Source: Octopus bimaculoides
Taxonomy: Eukaryota
NCBI RefSeq assembly: GCF_001194135.2
Contig: NC_068983.1
Coordinates: forward strand, 65,089,615 to 65,123,557
Direction of reading: 5' to 3'
Length of the DNA stretch: 33,943 nucleotides
Part shown: positions 10,918 to 22,631 of the stretch, piece by piece
Layout: each line of letters starts with the position of its first letter
Numbering within the stretch: the stretch's first letter is position 1
Made by a program: the position numbers and the translations under genes
Notes under the pieces: model-generated
Database searches by the model: none
What the model was told of the DNA's origin: nothing
The model's input: the letters and a program-made list of their open reading frames with translations, nothing else

Positions 10918-11135
10918 AAGGCAGCGAACTGGCAGTAATTTTAGCACGCCGGGCGTTATGCTTAGCAGTATTTCGTCTGTCTTTACGTTCTGAGTTCAAA
11001 TTCCACCGAGGTCGACCTTGCCTTCCATCCTTTCGGGGTCCATAAAATAAGTGCCAGTTGCGTACTGTGATCGATTTAACCGACTGACCCCCTCTCCCAC
11101 AACTTCGGGCCTTGCGCCTAGAGTAGAAATGAATA
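10918..11135 (+). mobile_element. tRNA-derived SINE, near full length
   Basis: A-box-like TGGCAGTAATTTTAG, B-box-like GAGTTCAAAT, central GTCGACCTTGCCTTCCATCCTTTCGGGGTC domain; matches an abundant octopus SINE as I recall it. Confidence 0.8.
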
Positions 11136-12779
11136 TACATGACAATATTTTAGTATGTAAAAGTCCTATGTAATATCAATTTCCACATGTGTAGTTATTA
11201 GAGAAGGGGACCAATGCCTACTATTACACAACTACGTCGAATTAGTTTAATTATTGTGGTGATTTGCCAGTAAAAAATGCGAAAGTCCAGTGTATTCACT
11301 GTATATGTATGTGTAATTATCTAAACATCATTAATTTGATAATAATAATTATTTTTGTTGTTGTTGATTTATTACTTTATTTGGGTAATCAGAATGCTCT
11401 GTTCTATTGGAAGACATTTAACGATTGAAACTTTTAGTTTATTAGTTTATGCTCGGCTATTAGCTATAATTATGCGTTTCTTCTGGATATGAGCGGTCGT
11501 TACAATATTTAGTCTTTGGTGATTGTCGAATGGTTTTATCAGACGATACTCCCGTGTGAATTAAATATGAAGCTTATTAATTCGTTTCTTAACAATGGGA
11601 ATTCTATTACAAAATTCATCAATTATCAACCTCATCAGGGATCAATAATATAATATAAAATGTATTTATCAAAAGCATCTTCGCATTTCTGTTGTGATTC
11701 TTTTTCTGGCTATCACATAAAGCCGTCTGAATTTCCCGTTCTAGTAATTCTGAAGGCTTCACAAAATGAAAATTCCGCTTGGTATTAATAGTGAAATATT
11801 AATCAAAGACACAGCCTTTAAAATAACAATATAACTGCTATGGAAGTATAATGGGTAATGTTAGAGTATTATACAATGAATAGGACATCAATATCTGTAA
11901 CTTTCCAAGCGTAATTGTTCTCTTAAAAGTACCAAATTGGCTAATAACAATAACAGTTAATAGATGCTTAGAAAATTGTATATCATTGTCATGAAAGTCA
12001 TATGATAATTGGTTATCAGAAATATTAGCATCAGCAAGTAATTATGAGACGCCTAAACGTTTGTGTACAGCGAAGTCATATTTTCTGTATTGCAGTCTGA
12101 TGTCCCTGTCGTTATGTACTCATTTGACATCTGTTTAAACTTATATAAGAGACATGTTACATCTCTATCCATGGTTTAACCTCCGACGTATATATTGTAA
12201 ATATTAAGATATAGGTTGTAGATTATGCACTTACAACTCCGTAACTTAGGTTTATATATTCAGTTTGACTAATGAAAGGCATTGAACATGTTCTGTACAA
12301 AATGAGCAACACACTGCAAGCATCCCTTCCCCAAATACTAAATATGTATTATATATATGTGCAGTTGGTAGAGCTTGTGTCGTAGCTATCTCCAATGAAT
12401 ATTTCATCCACTCAGACATCTGTTTTAGAATTTATGGTATCTAGTATTTAGGTCCCAAAAAGAATACAGCACTGTTGCATATAGGACAAGTCGATAACGA
12501 ACGTCTAGCGAGTGTTATAAAACCTATTTCATGTGCTATTATAATTCATCACATAAAACGTACTTATCAGAAACATGCAAAAATACAGGAATGCACATGT
12601 TTATATATCTGTATATATACATATCTGTATGCATGTACGCATGTATGTATATGTCATTATCCAGTTTTATTTCAAGATCTCTTGCTAATAGTGAAAATGT
12701 CGGTTTCTAACCTAAATCCAAGGATCCTTCATTGGATTTCAACAGCATCAACAAGGTATTTTTGTATGTATGTGTTGTG

Positions 12780-13801
12780 GCGGACACCACCGGGTGAGAA
12801 GTGGACTGGTCTATTACTAATAAATAGTGGACTGACACAGTCAATAATGTCAATCGGCGAAGGTACGCCGTTCGGACCAGTCCTGCAGAGACGACGAAAT
12901 ACGTCGTCATAATGGGACATATCAGTGGCGACGAAGATTCGTGGCTCCCTCACTGAAAAAAGATTATGAAGAAAAAAATCGTAGTGAAAAATATTAGAAA
13001 TTCCAACGTAGTATTTGAACTATCGCAAAACTACACACAGTGAAAAATGTATAAATTCTATAGAAAAATATTTGGAGAAAAACGTTTGATAAATCTGGAA
13101 CTCTAACACAGAACTGAACTACATACAGTGAAAAATAATATAGGTCCATTTGAAGGATTTTAGTCAAGTCGCTATATGTAGTAGCACTACCAGTAATAAT
13201 GTGAGACTTTGTACTACATGCGGCATTTTGAAAAAAGCTACAAAGCACTATGGTTATCTGTGGAATAAAAACATAATGATAATGGATCCGTGCGAAGGAT
13301 TTAATAATTCTGTGTGGAACAAAAGATATTTCTGGTTTGGAAAAAAATGATAAAGAATTAACGTTACATTCACAGCGAGTCATACCAGAAGATTTCAAAC
13401 GTATGTAGATATCTGTTGAAGTTGAAAACGAACAAGTTGTTAAGAAAGTTAAAGTTGACAAAGTAAATGCAAGCAATTTTGTGATTGAAAATACTGAACA
13501 AGTCCTCCTTGAGAAGACTCCAGATGAAATGTTGATGAAAGTAACGAGTGAGGAACACGTTATAGAAAATTCTGAAATTATAACCATCTTTTACAAGAAA
13601 TGGTCCGTCTACTGAAAATGTTTCGTTGAGGAATCGTTCTAATGCAAACACTTAGGAGACAATGAAAGTTTACAGGTAAACCGGTCCAGTTTCTCCCGAC
13701 ATAAGGGTAACGAAAGAACAAGTAGAAATGAAAAATACGTTTATGTATAATAATCGTGTGCCATTTTTGACAAAAAAAAAATATAATTCTGTGTGGAACA
13801 A

Positions 13802-13838
<37 letters not shown>

Positions 13839-13956
13839 GTCCACTGCTAATAAATAATGGACTGACACAGTCAGTAATATCAATCGGTGAAGGTACGCCG
13901 TTCGGAACAGTTCCGCAGGGACGACGAAATACGTCGTCATAATGGGACATATCAGT
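12780..13956 (+). mobile_element. Rearranged RTE-like LINE 3' fragments with duplicated 3' end
   Basis: LYVVALPVIM* and IRAKDFNNSVWNKRYFWFG resemble the RTE C-terminus; ~110-bp direct repeat 12817-12926 / 13847-13956. Confidence 0.5.
13323..13781 (+). pseudogene. Possible retroposed coding fragment (E/K/V-rich) ending in A10
   Basis: About 95 codons with one internal stop; A10 at 13772-13781; 19-bp direct repeat at 13304-13322 and 13783-13801. Confidence 0.35.
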
Positions 13957-14000
13957 AAGTATGTATGTATGTATGTATGTATGTATGTATGTATGTATCC
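13957..14000. repeat. (GTAT)n microsatellite
   Basis: Direct reading. Confidence 0.95.
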
Positions 14001-15420
14001 ATATTGTATGTTTTGTTTTATGTATGTATTCTCATGCATATAGCTGCATGTCTAGACTTGCTCATATATACTGAAATGATAAACTCCTGGAAAGTTTTAC
14101 AGAATATTACAGTTCCAGTGATGGCTTGGATCTGTAGTCTTCGAATCAGCTTCCTCCTTTCTAATTTGGAGAAGCCTAAATTTTCAGGAGTGGTATTTAT
14201 TCAGAGTGTTGTATATCACAGTGCCTCAATAATTACAGTTATAAACCAGAGTTTGTAATCTCGATAGAGTAGCTGTAATTTCCTCAAAAGTTCAGCGTAG
14301 GTATTCTTTCTTTCGCTGATCGTTAGCTTGATCGTTAACTGCCGCAGGGTAGCTGATTTACACAACTTTCACTAGTGTTTCTTGTCTTCAATTACTATGA
14401 CAGATCTGGTATGTTTACGTTTTATTGAGGATTTTTACTGGGACATTCCACCAGTGCTCATATTTATTATCAGTTACTATGGCTTCTACCATGCTGTAGA
14501 TTTTTATTCTTTTAGCCTTCGGGGTATCCTTCCAAGGGATCTCGTTATACCGTGTCCTACCTACATCATTATGTACCATCAGTACTGTGATGATATTTTC
14601 CAACAACTCATACTACGATGATACCGTGATGACATTTTCCGACAACTGCTTATAACGTGGTTGATATCTTCAGTGTTAGCTCCACCAAGTCTACTTTTCA
14701 CATTTATCTTCTTTTTCTGCGTCTCTGTTCCATTTGGACATTAGGTATTTGGTTGATATACCTTGGTCCTTGATTGAAAAACACATATCCTTCAATGTTG
14801 GGAATTAGTTATCTGGTTGTTGCTCTATGATAGACAGCTTTGATGATTAATGTTACTTATGACCAAAGCTTAGAGAAACGCCTCCAAGCTCAAACTGTAG
14901 GTGTCCACTTCAGATAATTCCCCATAACCTGGTAATTATTCAAAGTGTTGATTGTAATTTACTTGACCCGTATGCCATTGCTTTTCTACACATAGTTTTC
15001 TTCATACCATCCAATTTAGCATCTCATTTCTTTAAACATATTGGCACTAACCACTTCTTTGTATATGTATTTCTAATTCGTGAAATGTATACATTTATTC
15101 TTCGTCTGATTATGACCTAATATTTTCTGCTTCTGTTCTTTCACACTAATCTCTCCATACCTCCTACTACTAGTATATCATTACTTATTAATAAGGCTCT
15201 ATCCCACTCTTTTTTCGATGATGAAACAGATTGCCACTGTGGACAAATGCATCAACTCCGCATCTATTTTTGACACGACTGTAAGATACTATCTTGCACA
15301 CCTTCTTCCTTCCTGCCTACTTTCTCATCGCCCAGGCTAGGATTCTGCCTACGATGACCAACATTACCTAATATAAAAAATTCGGACTTACCGTATAACT
15401 GTTCCTGAGGAATACTTCAT
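14000..15420 (-). mobile_element. R4/Dong-like RLE LINE 3' fragment, decayed
   Basis: EGYVF..QDQ-like segment, TEDINHVISSC (zinc knuckle), WWNVPVK..PDL, LRKLQLLYRDYK, LIRRLQIQAITGTVIFCKTF. Confidence 0.75.
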
Positions 15421-16011
15421 ATCGCATAACAATTATGAACATTCCTTCACTAGCTTTTATAGAACTCTTGCGATCTAACCTCCTGTAAACATTCTATTCA
15501 CATGTAGAAATATATACGACATGATCCGAGTTAACATAAGTTTACCTGCTCGTAATTTTGTTGTATTAAACATGCAACTGATCAAAGAAAATAATGCCAA
15601 TTAGTCAATGTTCATTAGACAGCTATAACAACACTGCTTTTTGTTTTTATTTGCAGTTCAAGTTGGAGTTTAAGCAAGAAGTCAGCCTGTAATTATAATA
15701 TATGTGACCTTGATAATAGTAGAATAAATTTGCAAATTTGTCATCAAGTTGTTATTATAGGGAAAAATATTTCTGAATACTGTTTTGCTGGTGTCTTTAG
15801 AACTGTCCCATAGTTCGACTGGAGTTGACGTCGATATTTCAATGGCATTATCCACTCGTATATTTGCACGTAATAACTATTTGCACTTAATGAACTATAT
15901 GTCCAATCTTATAAATTTGAAGCTAAATCAAATTATCCAATAATAGACATGTGTTATTCTAATGCTCGTAACAATGTAATGGTCTACGAGATATGATTTC
16001 GATTACTCCAG

Positions 16012-16091
16012 GGAGAACTACAACAATCTAGAGAATACACGAAATGTTTTCTGTATAACTGCTTATTTGTGGGGTTTTATTATCTAAATAC
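16012..16091 (+). CDS. Candidate 80-nt exon (phase 0-2), GELQQSREYTKCFLYNCLFVGFYYLN(T)
   Basis: gattactccag acceptor, strong TAC|gtaagt donor, only one open frame. Confidence 0.4.
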
Positions 16092-16857
16092 GTAAGTCAT
16101 ATGGTATTCCTTTACTGTTTATCCTCTTGTGACTATTATATGAAATTATGTTCCCATGAAGTGACAAATTACGTCTCTTCGTGATAGGTTTACGTGAAAT
16201 TGCAATCAACAGAAATGTCAAACATCAAACGATTACTCTCGTTATGTAATTATTTCCAAGTGTATATGCTCAAGGAACAAGATCCTACTTTACAGCTCTT
16301 TGTTATATTCTATCATCAAACACCACAGGATAAATTTCCATAAATCTAATTCCAGTATTTTATCATGGAATGTACGTGATGATATTATCTATTACCGAAA
16401 GATAATAGATAATATCAGGACTTGGTTCTCTAAATATATGCTTCAGAGTTTTCATTCTACACTTCTTATCTGAAGAAGTTTCATCAGCGTAAATGTTTTG
16501 CATTAAAATGAAATTTGTTTGAATTTCAAGAGTATGTCTGGAATATCTTGATCGGAAAAAAGATACGCCTTCATTATGCAAATTGTGACTATCAATTAGA
16601 AAAATTTAGACGGCTTGCATGAGCATAACTGTAAAGAAGAAATTAGCGAATCCGAGAGGTGTGTGAAAGAGAGAAAGGAGGAGGAAAGAAAAGAGTGAGT
16701 GAGAAGAGATTTCAGAAGATATAGAAATAAAACAAAATGTAAGAGAAAAGGTGTATGAAAGAATATATTTTCATTCACGCATGCGTAAATATTAATAGTT
16801 CTATATATATATTGTATAGAAACAGATTCATGATGTTTTACGTTTATTACCAGCTAG

Positions 16858-16910
16858 AGCTGAGTGGGCAGTCTATGGCACCTATTCGCTCGATGGAACG
16901 ACGAAATTTA
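16858..16910 (+). CDS. Candidate 53-nt exon (phase 2-1), AEWAVYGTYSLDGTTKF
   Basis: ttttacgtttattaccagctag acceptor region (tandem AG), TTTA|gtatgc donor, GC-rich island. Confidence 0.45.
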
Positions 16911-17099
16911 GTATGCTGTTACGCCACCAACATTTCTATGCCTGATTTAGTCTAATACGCAGGTGCCAATCATACCGAACACAGTAGTAAATGGTGGTAT
17001 GTATTTTGTTGCTGAAAGAAAAACTGAAACTGTTCAGAAGATGAAAATTCGTGTTTAAGTATACCGATATTTATATATATTTACGGAACAAATTTACAT

Positions 17100-17300
17100 G
17101 GAGTACAAAGAACTACCGAAAACGAAGGGGAATGGGCATGGTATTTCAGATCCGACAGCTGTTTCTGAATAGTTGTAATGTTGACAGATGGAGTGTGCAA
17201 GAAGTGAAGGATGTGCAACCTGCAGTAGATGCATATAAACATGACCAAAAGCCGGCCTCTGCTTCCAGGGTAGAAATACTGGCAACTAAATGTTCAGATC
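17100..17300 (+). mobile_element. Possible piggyBac-type C-terminal cysteine-rich relic
   Basis: CARSEGCATCSRCI*T*PKAGLCFQGRN resembles the Cys spacing of piggyBac transposase C-termini; several stops. Confidence 0.3.
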
Positions 17301-17324
17301 ATGAGAGAGTCCTTGTTAACTCTC

Positions 17325-17388
17325 TGTATGTATGTATGTATGTATGTATGTATATATGTATGTATGTATGTATGTGTGTATTTATGCA
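17325..17388. repeat. (TATG)n microsatellite
   Basis: Direct reading. Confidence 0.95.
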
Positions 17389-17484
17389 TGTGGATACGTA
17401 CATATATTACAGTACAATATAGTAAAATAATACCGAACTTAGATTCTGTCTATCACACCTCTTGGTTTGTCTCGTTTTCGGTAG

Positions 17485-17540
17485 GAAAAAATAATCCTTT
17501 CCAGATTTGGAGCCTTGTTGATATATTTCCCTGCTTCTGT
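17485..17540 (+). CDS. Candidate 56-nt exon (phase 1-0), (R)KNNPFQIWSLVDIFPCFC
   Basis: tttgtctcgttttcggtag acceptor, TGT|gtgagc donor, phase-compatible with 16910. Confidence 0.4.
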
Positions 17541-17699
17541 GTGAGCCAATTCTTGCGTTTCTAGAGAATCGACCCGACCACGCTACTCGAATTATAACAT
17601 TTTAGCTTTAGTATTCTGACTTACGTAAGCTCTAAAGGAAAGAAGATAGAGCCGTGTGTATTAAAACAACACCTTAGTAATTTAAATTCTACACCCACT

Positions 17700-17740
17700 C
17701 ACCCACACACACACATACACACACATATATGTATGTGTAT

Positions 17741-17789
<49 letters not shown>
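17700..17789. repeat. (CA)n/(TA)n microsatellite into gap
   Basis: Direct reading. Confidence 0.95.
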
Positions 17790-18153
17790 NNNNNNNNNNN
17801 NNNNNNNNNNNNNNNNNNNNNNNNNNNNNNNNNNNNNNNNNNNNNNNNNNNNNNNNNNNNNNNNNNNNNNNNNNNNNNNNNNNNNNNNNNNNNNNNNNNN
17901 NNNNNNNNNNNNNNNNNNNNNNNNNNNNNNNNNNNNNNNNNNNNNNNNNNNNNNNNNNNNNNNNNNNNNNNNNNNNNNNNNNNNNNNNNNNNNNNNNNNN
18001 NNNNNNNNNNNNNNNNNNNNNNNNNNNNNNNNNNNNNNNNNNNNNNNNNNNNNNNNNNNNNNNNNNNNNNNNNNNNNNNNNNNNNNNNNNNNNNNNNNNN
18101 NNNNNNNNNNNNNNNNNNNNNNNNNNNNNNNNNNNNNNNNNNNNNNNNNNNNN
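17790..18153. other. Assembly gap
   Basis: N run. Confidence 1.
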
Positions 18154-18484
18154 ATATATATATATATGAAGTAAATGTAGATAGAGTATGTATTTCCGTC
18201 GAGTAATCGGCAGAAGAAATGGTGTGTCGTATTAGAAATAATCAACAATGTTCTAAAAGTGTAAATGATTATGAAAGCTTTATTGACAGGCGTGTTGACA
18301 CGTTCTAATTAGTGTTTAATGTTCACGTTAATCATTAATGATTGCGATCAAACAATACATTTAACATACTACGATTACATTTGCTTCTAATCGTGTTTAC
18401 ATGAAATAACACGGCGTAATATATGTTTTAATAATATTGTTAACGAAATGTGAGAGTATCAAACAAATTAACTCTTACGTCACT

Positions 18485-18545
18485 CGGTTTCGTATGTTCT
18501 GAGTTCAAATCATACTCAGATCAACGTTGCTTTTCATCCTTGCAT
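18485..18545 (+). mobile_element. Short SINE remnant, 10918 family
   Basis: GTTCTGAGTTCAAAT and TTGCTTTTCATCCT segments. Confidence 0.5.
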
Positions 18546-18602
18546 AACAGAAGAAAAAGCAGAGCAGTATCATTGAATGATGCAAACCATTAGATCGCTT
18601 AG

Positions 18603-18674
18603 TCGAGACGTTGCATTTTTTTCACTGGCACCCGCGTTTCTTGATTGGATCGAAATCTTGAACCATCACATAAT
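18603..18674 (+). CDS. Weak candidate exon (phase 2-2), RDVAFFSLAPAFLDWIEILNHHI
   Basis: AAT|gtaaga donor, weak acceptor; joins 18827 in frame. Confidence 0.25.
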
Positions 18675-18826
18675 GTAAGATAACCAGAATGTTGATGGAC
18701 ACATTCCGCTAGGATCATTCTGTTCCAAGCATTTGAAGCATGTCTTAGAATGCCTTTCTCACTTGCTTCCCCTATTTGCTAAAACTTCCTAAATTGTCAG
18801 GTGTACTCTCTCACTCTCTCTTCCAG

Positions 18827-18845
18827 ATTCACCCCTAAGACTTAC
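18827..18845 (+). CDS. Weak candidate 19-nt micro-exon, (I)FTPKTY
   Basis: Strong ctctctcactctctcttccag acceptor; weak donor gtataa, or a stop after V. Confidence 0.25.
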
Positions 18846-18902
18846 GTATAAAATGTATGTAAACATGTGCTCGTATGAATGTGAGAGCATACATTTGCAT
18901 AT

Positions 18903-19130
18903 ATTCTTTATTTGCCTCAGTCACCGGAATGTTGCGATGCTGGAGCATCCTCTTAAAACGTTTATTGAAGGAAATCGATCGTAGTGTGCGTATGTTATAA
19001 AGTCTAGTACTTATACTATCGGTTTCTTTTGCGCCCAAAATTGAGTTAGAACATAAACAGCCAAATACTGGCTGACAACTGGTGGTGGTGGGGAACAAGT
19101 ACAAGCACAGATACACACACGTATACGTTT
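18903..19130. mobile_element. Decayed copy of the interspersed repeat at 28369
   Basis: Shares TCAGTCA, GATGCTGGAGCA, TAGTACTTATACTATCGG and a CA-rich end with 28369-28610. Confidence 0.6.
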
Positions 19131-19809
19131 TAACTTCATACCGAATCCCATCGGCCACTTTCGGAATCATTAAAGTAAACATCAACAAAGATTTTCATCA
19201 TGCGAGTCAACTATAGAACATCGATCCTTTCACGGGATGCATATTTATAGATCAGTGTCAAAAAAGGAATGTCTAGCTATCTAAGAGAAGATTAAGCCGT
19301 TTTCTGGATAAGAAAAAACTTTCATACACTTACTGACTAGGAAACACCCTTATCTGATATCTGCTACGAGTCGTCTCGTGACATCCATGTAGAACATGAC
19401 GAAATAAGAAACACGAAATATGGATTCTCTGTATATAATAACTAGTACCAATTTTTGTTCCTAATTGAATTTGTTTCTATTTTTTTAGATTTAAATGTTA
19501 TCTTTTTATATGGGTTTTTTTTTTTTTTCTAAAAGACAAAACGCAGTATCAAAATCGTTTGCAAACCTCTCGAAACTTGACAGTATACATTTTGAACACA
19601 CCAAAAATACAAACAAAATTCCAAGATTCTAAGAATCTACACATGGCCATTTGGTCTTTTACAAATAACACACAAGTATATATAAAGTAGGCCAATCATT
19701 TCAAAAACGTTTTGAATGAGGTAGTCCTAACCCGAAACTTGAAACCACCATCATTGCCGTCGACGTTGATGTCGTCGTCGTAGTTGTTGTTGTTGTTTTT
19801 ATTCCTTTA

Positions 19810-20330
19810 TATCAGAGATTTTGCTGGAACTCCTAGAGAATTGCATGCTTACCGGGCATGTTACTTGAAGCCTACGGTACCATGCTATCCGCTCTTTTCA
19901 GCTATCTAATACTTCCCACATTATTCTGGCAGTGCCATAGAGGCAAACATCTTGTAAGAGTTCTACTGGGTACTCTATTAAGTTTCCATTATGTTCCTCT
20001 TGACGCCTTCTGATACTATTCCCAAGGACCTAACAATAACTGGCACTATCTTCACCTCTTCATTTTCAATAGCCGGGCTATTTCGTACTTAAGAAGGTTG
20101 GATTTATCTATTGTTTCGCCTTCAACCATGACTATTCCTAGGTAAAAGGGGCACGCATTATCAGCTATCAAGCACATATAGAACATCTTCTCGAGCACCA
20201 CTAGGCCAGGTCTGTTATGCTCTAGCACCTGATTTGTTAGGATTGGGAAATCCCAGAAGATTTTGCTAGTCTCCGACTCCGACACTCTCTGCGATTTCAA
20301 TTCTTTCTGCCGACATTTCTTGGTGCCGAC
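19810..20330 (-). mobile_element. R4/Dong-like RLE endonuclease 3' fragment
   Basis: KIFWDFPILTNQVLEHNRPGLVV..CLIADNACP..KYEIARL; (AAC)n tail at about 19780-19800. Confidence 0.8.
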
Positions 20331-20339
20331 TTTTGAAAT

Positions 20340-20990
20340 ACATCTAGATTATAAGGTATTTCTAAAGTTTTCAGATGTCTTTTTTCATATTGGGTGGCAT
20401 TTAACCCAATGCTCCGACAACAATATGGATAAACTTAATGTTTAACTCTCGTAGCTGCCACATGTCAGCGATCACAATTTTCAGGTCTCCATATTCATCA
20501 ATCTTTTCTCTTCCTTTCATGATATGTTGACCTTCTGGCACTGCCACGTCAACTATTAAGCACAGTTGTTTGTCCCTCCTAAAGGTTACTATATCCGTCT
20601 TTCGGTGCTCTAACACTTTGTCTGTCTGGAAATCAAAAGTCCCAGAGGATTTTTGCCTTCCCCTTTTCGTCCATAACATTTTCTGGTGTGTGTCGGTACC
20701 AATACCCGTAACATCATATCAATACTTACGGCATAGTGGCCAGTGGAGCTTTTAGGCTACTTTTCTAGTGTCTACGCTTGCAATCTTACTGCACAAGTCT
20801 TCCACAAGCTCTAACAATGTGAGTCACGCTTTCGACCTTCTTCCTAAACATTCTGCAGAGATCTGTTGCATTTCTGTGGTATATATTCCTTTTCACTGAG
20901 TTGGTAAACGTTTTCTATATGCTGTCAGTTCCGTCAAAATCATCCCCATTGCGACTTCATAGAAGCAGCCATACCTGAACTCAAATTATA
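20340..20990 (-). mobile_element. R4/Dong-like RLE endonuclease fragment
   Basis: FDFQTDKVLEHRKTDIV..CLIVDVAVP..EKIDEYGDLK..IVVGALG (PD-(D/E)xK domain). Confidence 0.85.
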
Positions 20991-21124
20991 TTCACGGATC
21001 CATCACAGATAGATGCAGAATTTTGGTTCTTTTGTTTAAAAAATTTTTGTTCACTATATCTCACTTTTTATCTTTAAATCCTCTCCTTTAAACACTCATA
21101 AGTCGAAATCGATAAGACCGACCA

Positions 21125-21291
<167 letters not shown>

Positions 21292-22122
21292 NNNNNNNNN
21301 NNNNNNNNNNNNNNNNNNNNNNNNNNNNNNNNNNNNNNNNNNNNNNNNNNNNNNNNNNNNNNNNNNNNNNNNNNNNNNNNNNNNNNNNNNNNNNNNNNNN
21401 NNNNNNNNNNNNNNNNNNNNNNNNNNNNNNNNNNNNNNNNNNNNNNNNNNNNNNNNNNNNNNNNNNNNNNNNNNNNNNNNNNNNNNNNNNNNNNNNNNNN
21501 NNNNNNNNNNNNNNNNNNNNNNNNNNNNNNNNNNNNNNNNNNNNNNNNNNNNNNNNNNNNNNNNNNNNNNNNNNNNNNNNNNNNNNNNNNNNNNNNNNNN
21601 NNNNNNNNNNNNNNNNNNNNNNNNNNNNNNNNNNNNNNNNNNNNNNNNNNNNNNNNNNNNNNNNNNNNNNNNNNNNNNNNNNNNNNNNNNNNNNNNNNNN
21701 NNNNNNNNNNNNNNNNNNNNNNNNNNNNNNNNNNNNNNNNNNNNNNNNNNNNNNNNNNNNNNNNNNNNNNNNNNNNNNNNNNNNNNNNNNNNNNNNNNNN
21801 NNNNNNNNNNNNNNNNNNNNNNNNNNNNNNNNNNNNNNNNNNNNNNNNNNNNNNNNNNNNNNNNNNNNNNNNNNNNNNNNNNNNNNNNNNNNNNNNNNNN
21901 NNNNNNNNNNNNNNNNNNNNNNNNNNNNNNNNNNNNNNNNNNNNNNNNNNNNNNNNNNNNNNNNNNNNNNNNNNNNNNNNNNNNNNNNNNNNNNNNNNNN
22001 NNNNNNNNNNNNNNNNNNNNNNNNNNNNNNNNNNNNNNNNNNNNNNNNNNNNNNNNNNNNNNNNNNNNNNNNNNNNNNNNNNNNNNNNNNNNNNNNNNNN
22101 NNNNNNNNNNNNNNNNNNNNNN
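21292..22122. other. Assembly gap
   Basis: N run. Confidence 1.
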
Positions 22123-22445
22123 GTTCTTTAATATGTTGGCCTGGTAGTTCTTTGTAGGTAGGCATTGATCTTGGGCTGCTATGATAAACCCCTCTGATTC
22201 TGATTTCAAGCCAGAGGCCATTAACCATTGGTGGGTAAGGGTTTGTCAATATCTGCATTATTCGCTCTCTTTGGGTATTTGCCATCGAGAGGTTTTCCAT
22301 GCCATTTTTCAGTCATGATATCTAAGGCAGCAATTTTTGCACGGGTTTTCAAGCGCTTAGCTTTTTCTGCAAGTGTTTCTAGTTCGTCTAATTCTTGAAT
22401 TTGTTGCAATTGGAATTCACTTAGATAGTCCTTTGCCTGTTTGTT
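22123..22445 (-). mobile_element. R4/Dong-like LINE fragment continuing into gap
   Basis: WHGKPLDGKYP and SGLKSESEGFIIAAQDQCLPTKNY (region just before the zinc knuckle). Confidence 0.85.
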
Positions 22446-22454
22446 ACTGAGTAA

Positions 22455-22545
22455 GATGCTTATTATTATTATTATTATTGATATTATTATTATTATTACT
22501 ATTATTATTATTATTATTATTATTATTACTACTACTACTACTACA

Positions 22546-22615
<70 letters not shown>

Positions 22616-22631
22616 TTATTATTATTATTAT
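22455..22631. repeat. Compound (TAT)n-(TAC)n-(TAT)n microsatellite
   Basis: Direct reading. Confidence 0.97.

Noticed and set aside
12096-12440. Acceptor-led open frames at 12096 (SDVPVVMYSF...) and about 12367 (GRACVVAISNEYF...)
   Set aside because: Weak or phase-incompatible donors; such short frames arise by chance.
12994-13587. 197-aa minus-strand ORF, the longest without gaps
   Set aside because: S/T/F-rich antisense shadow of the + strand RTE relic and E/K-rich insert; no recognisable domain.
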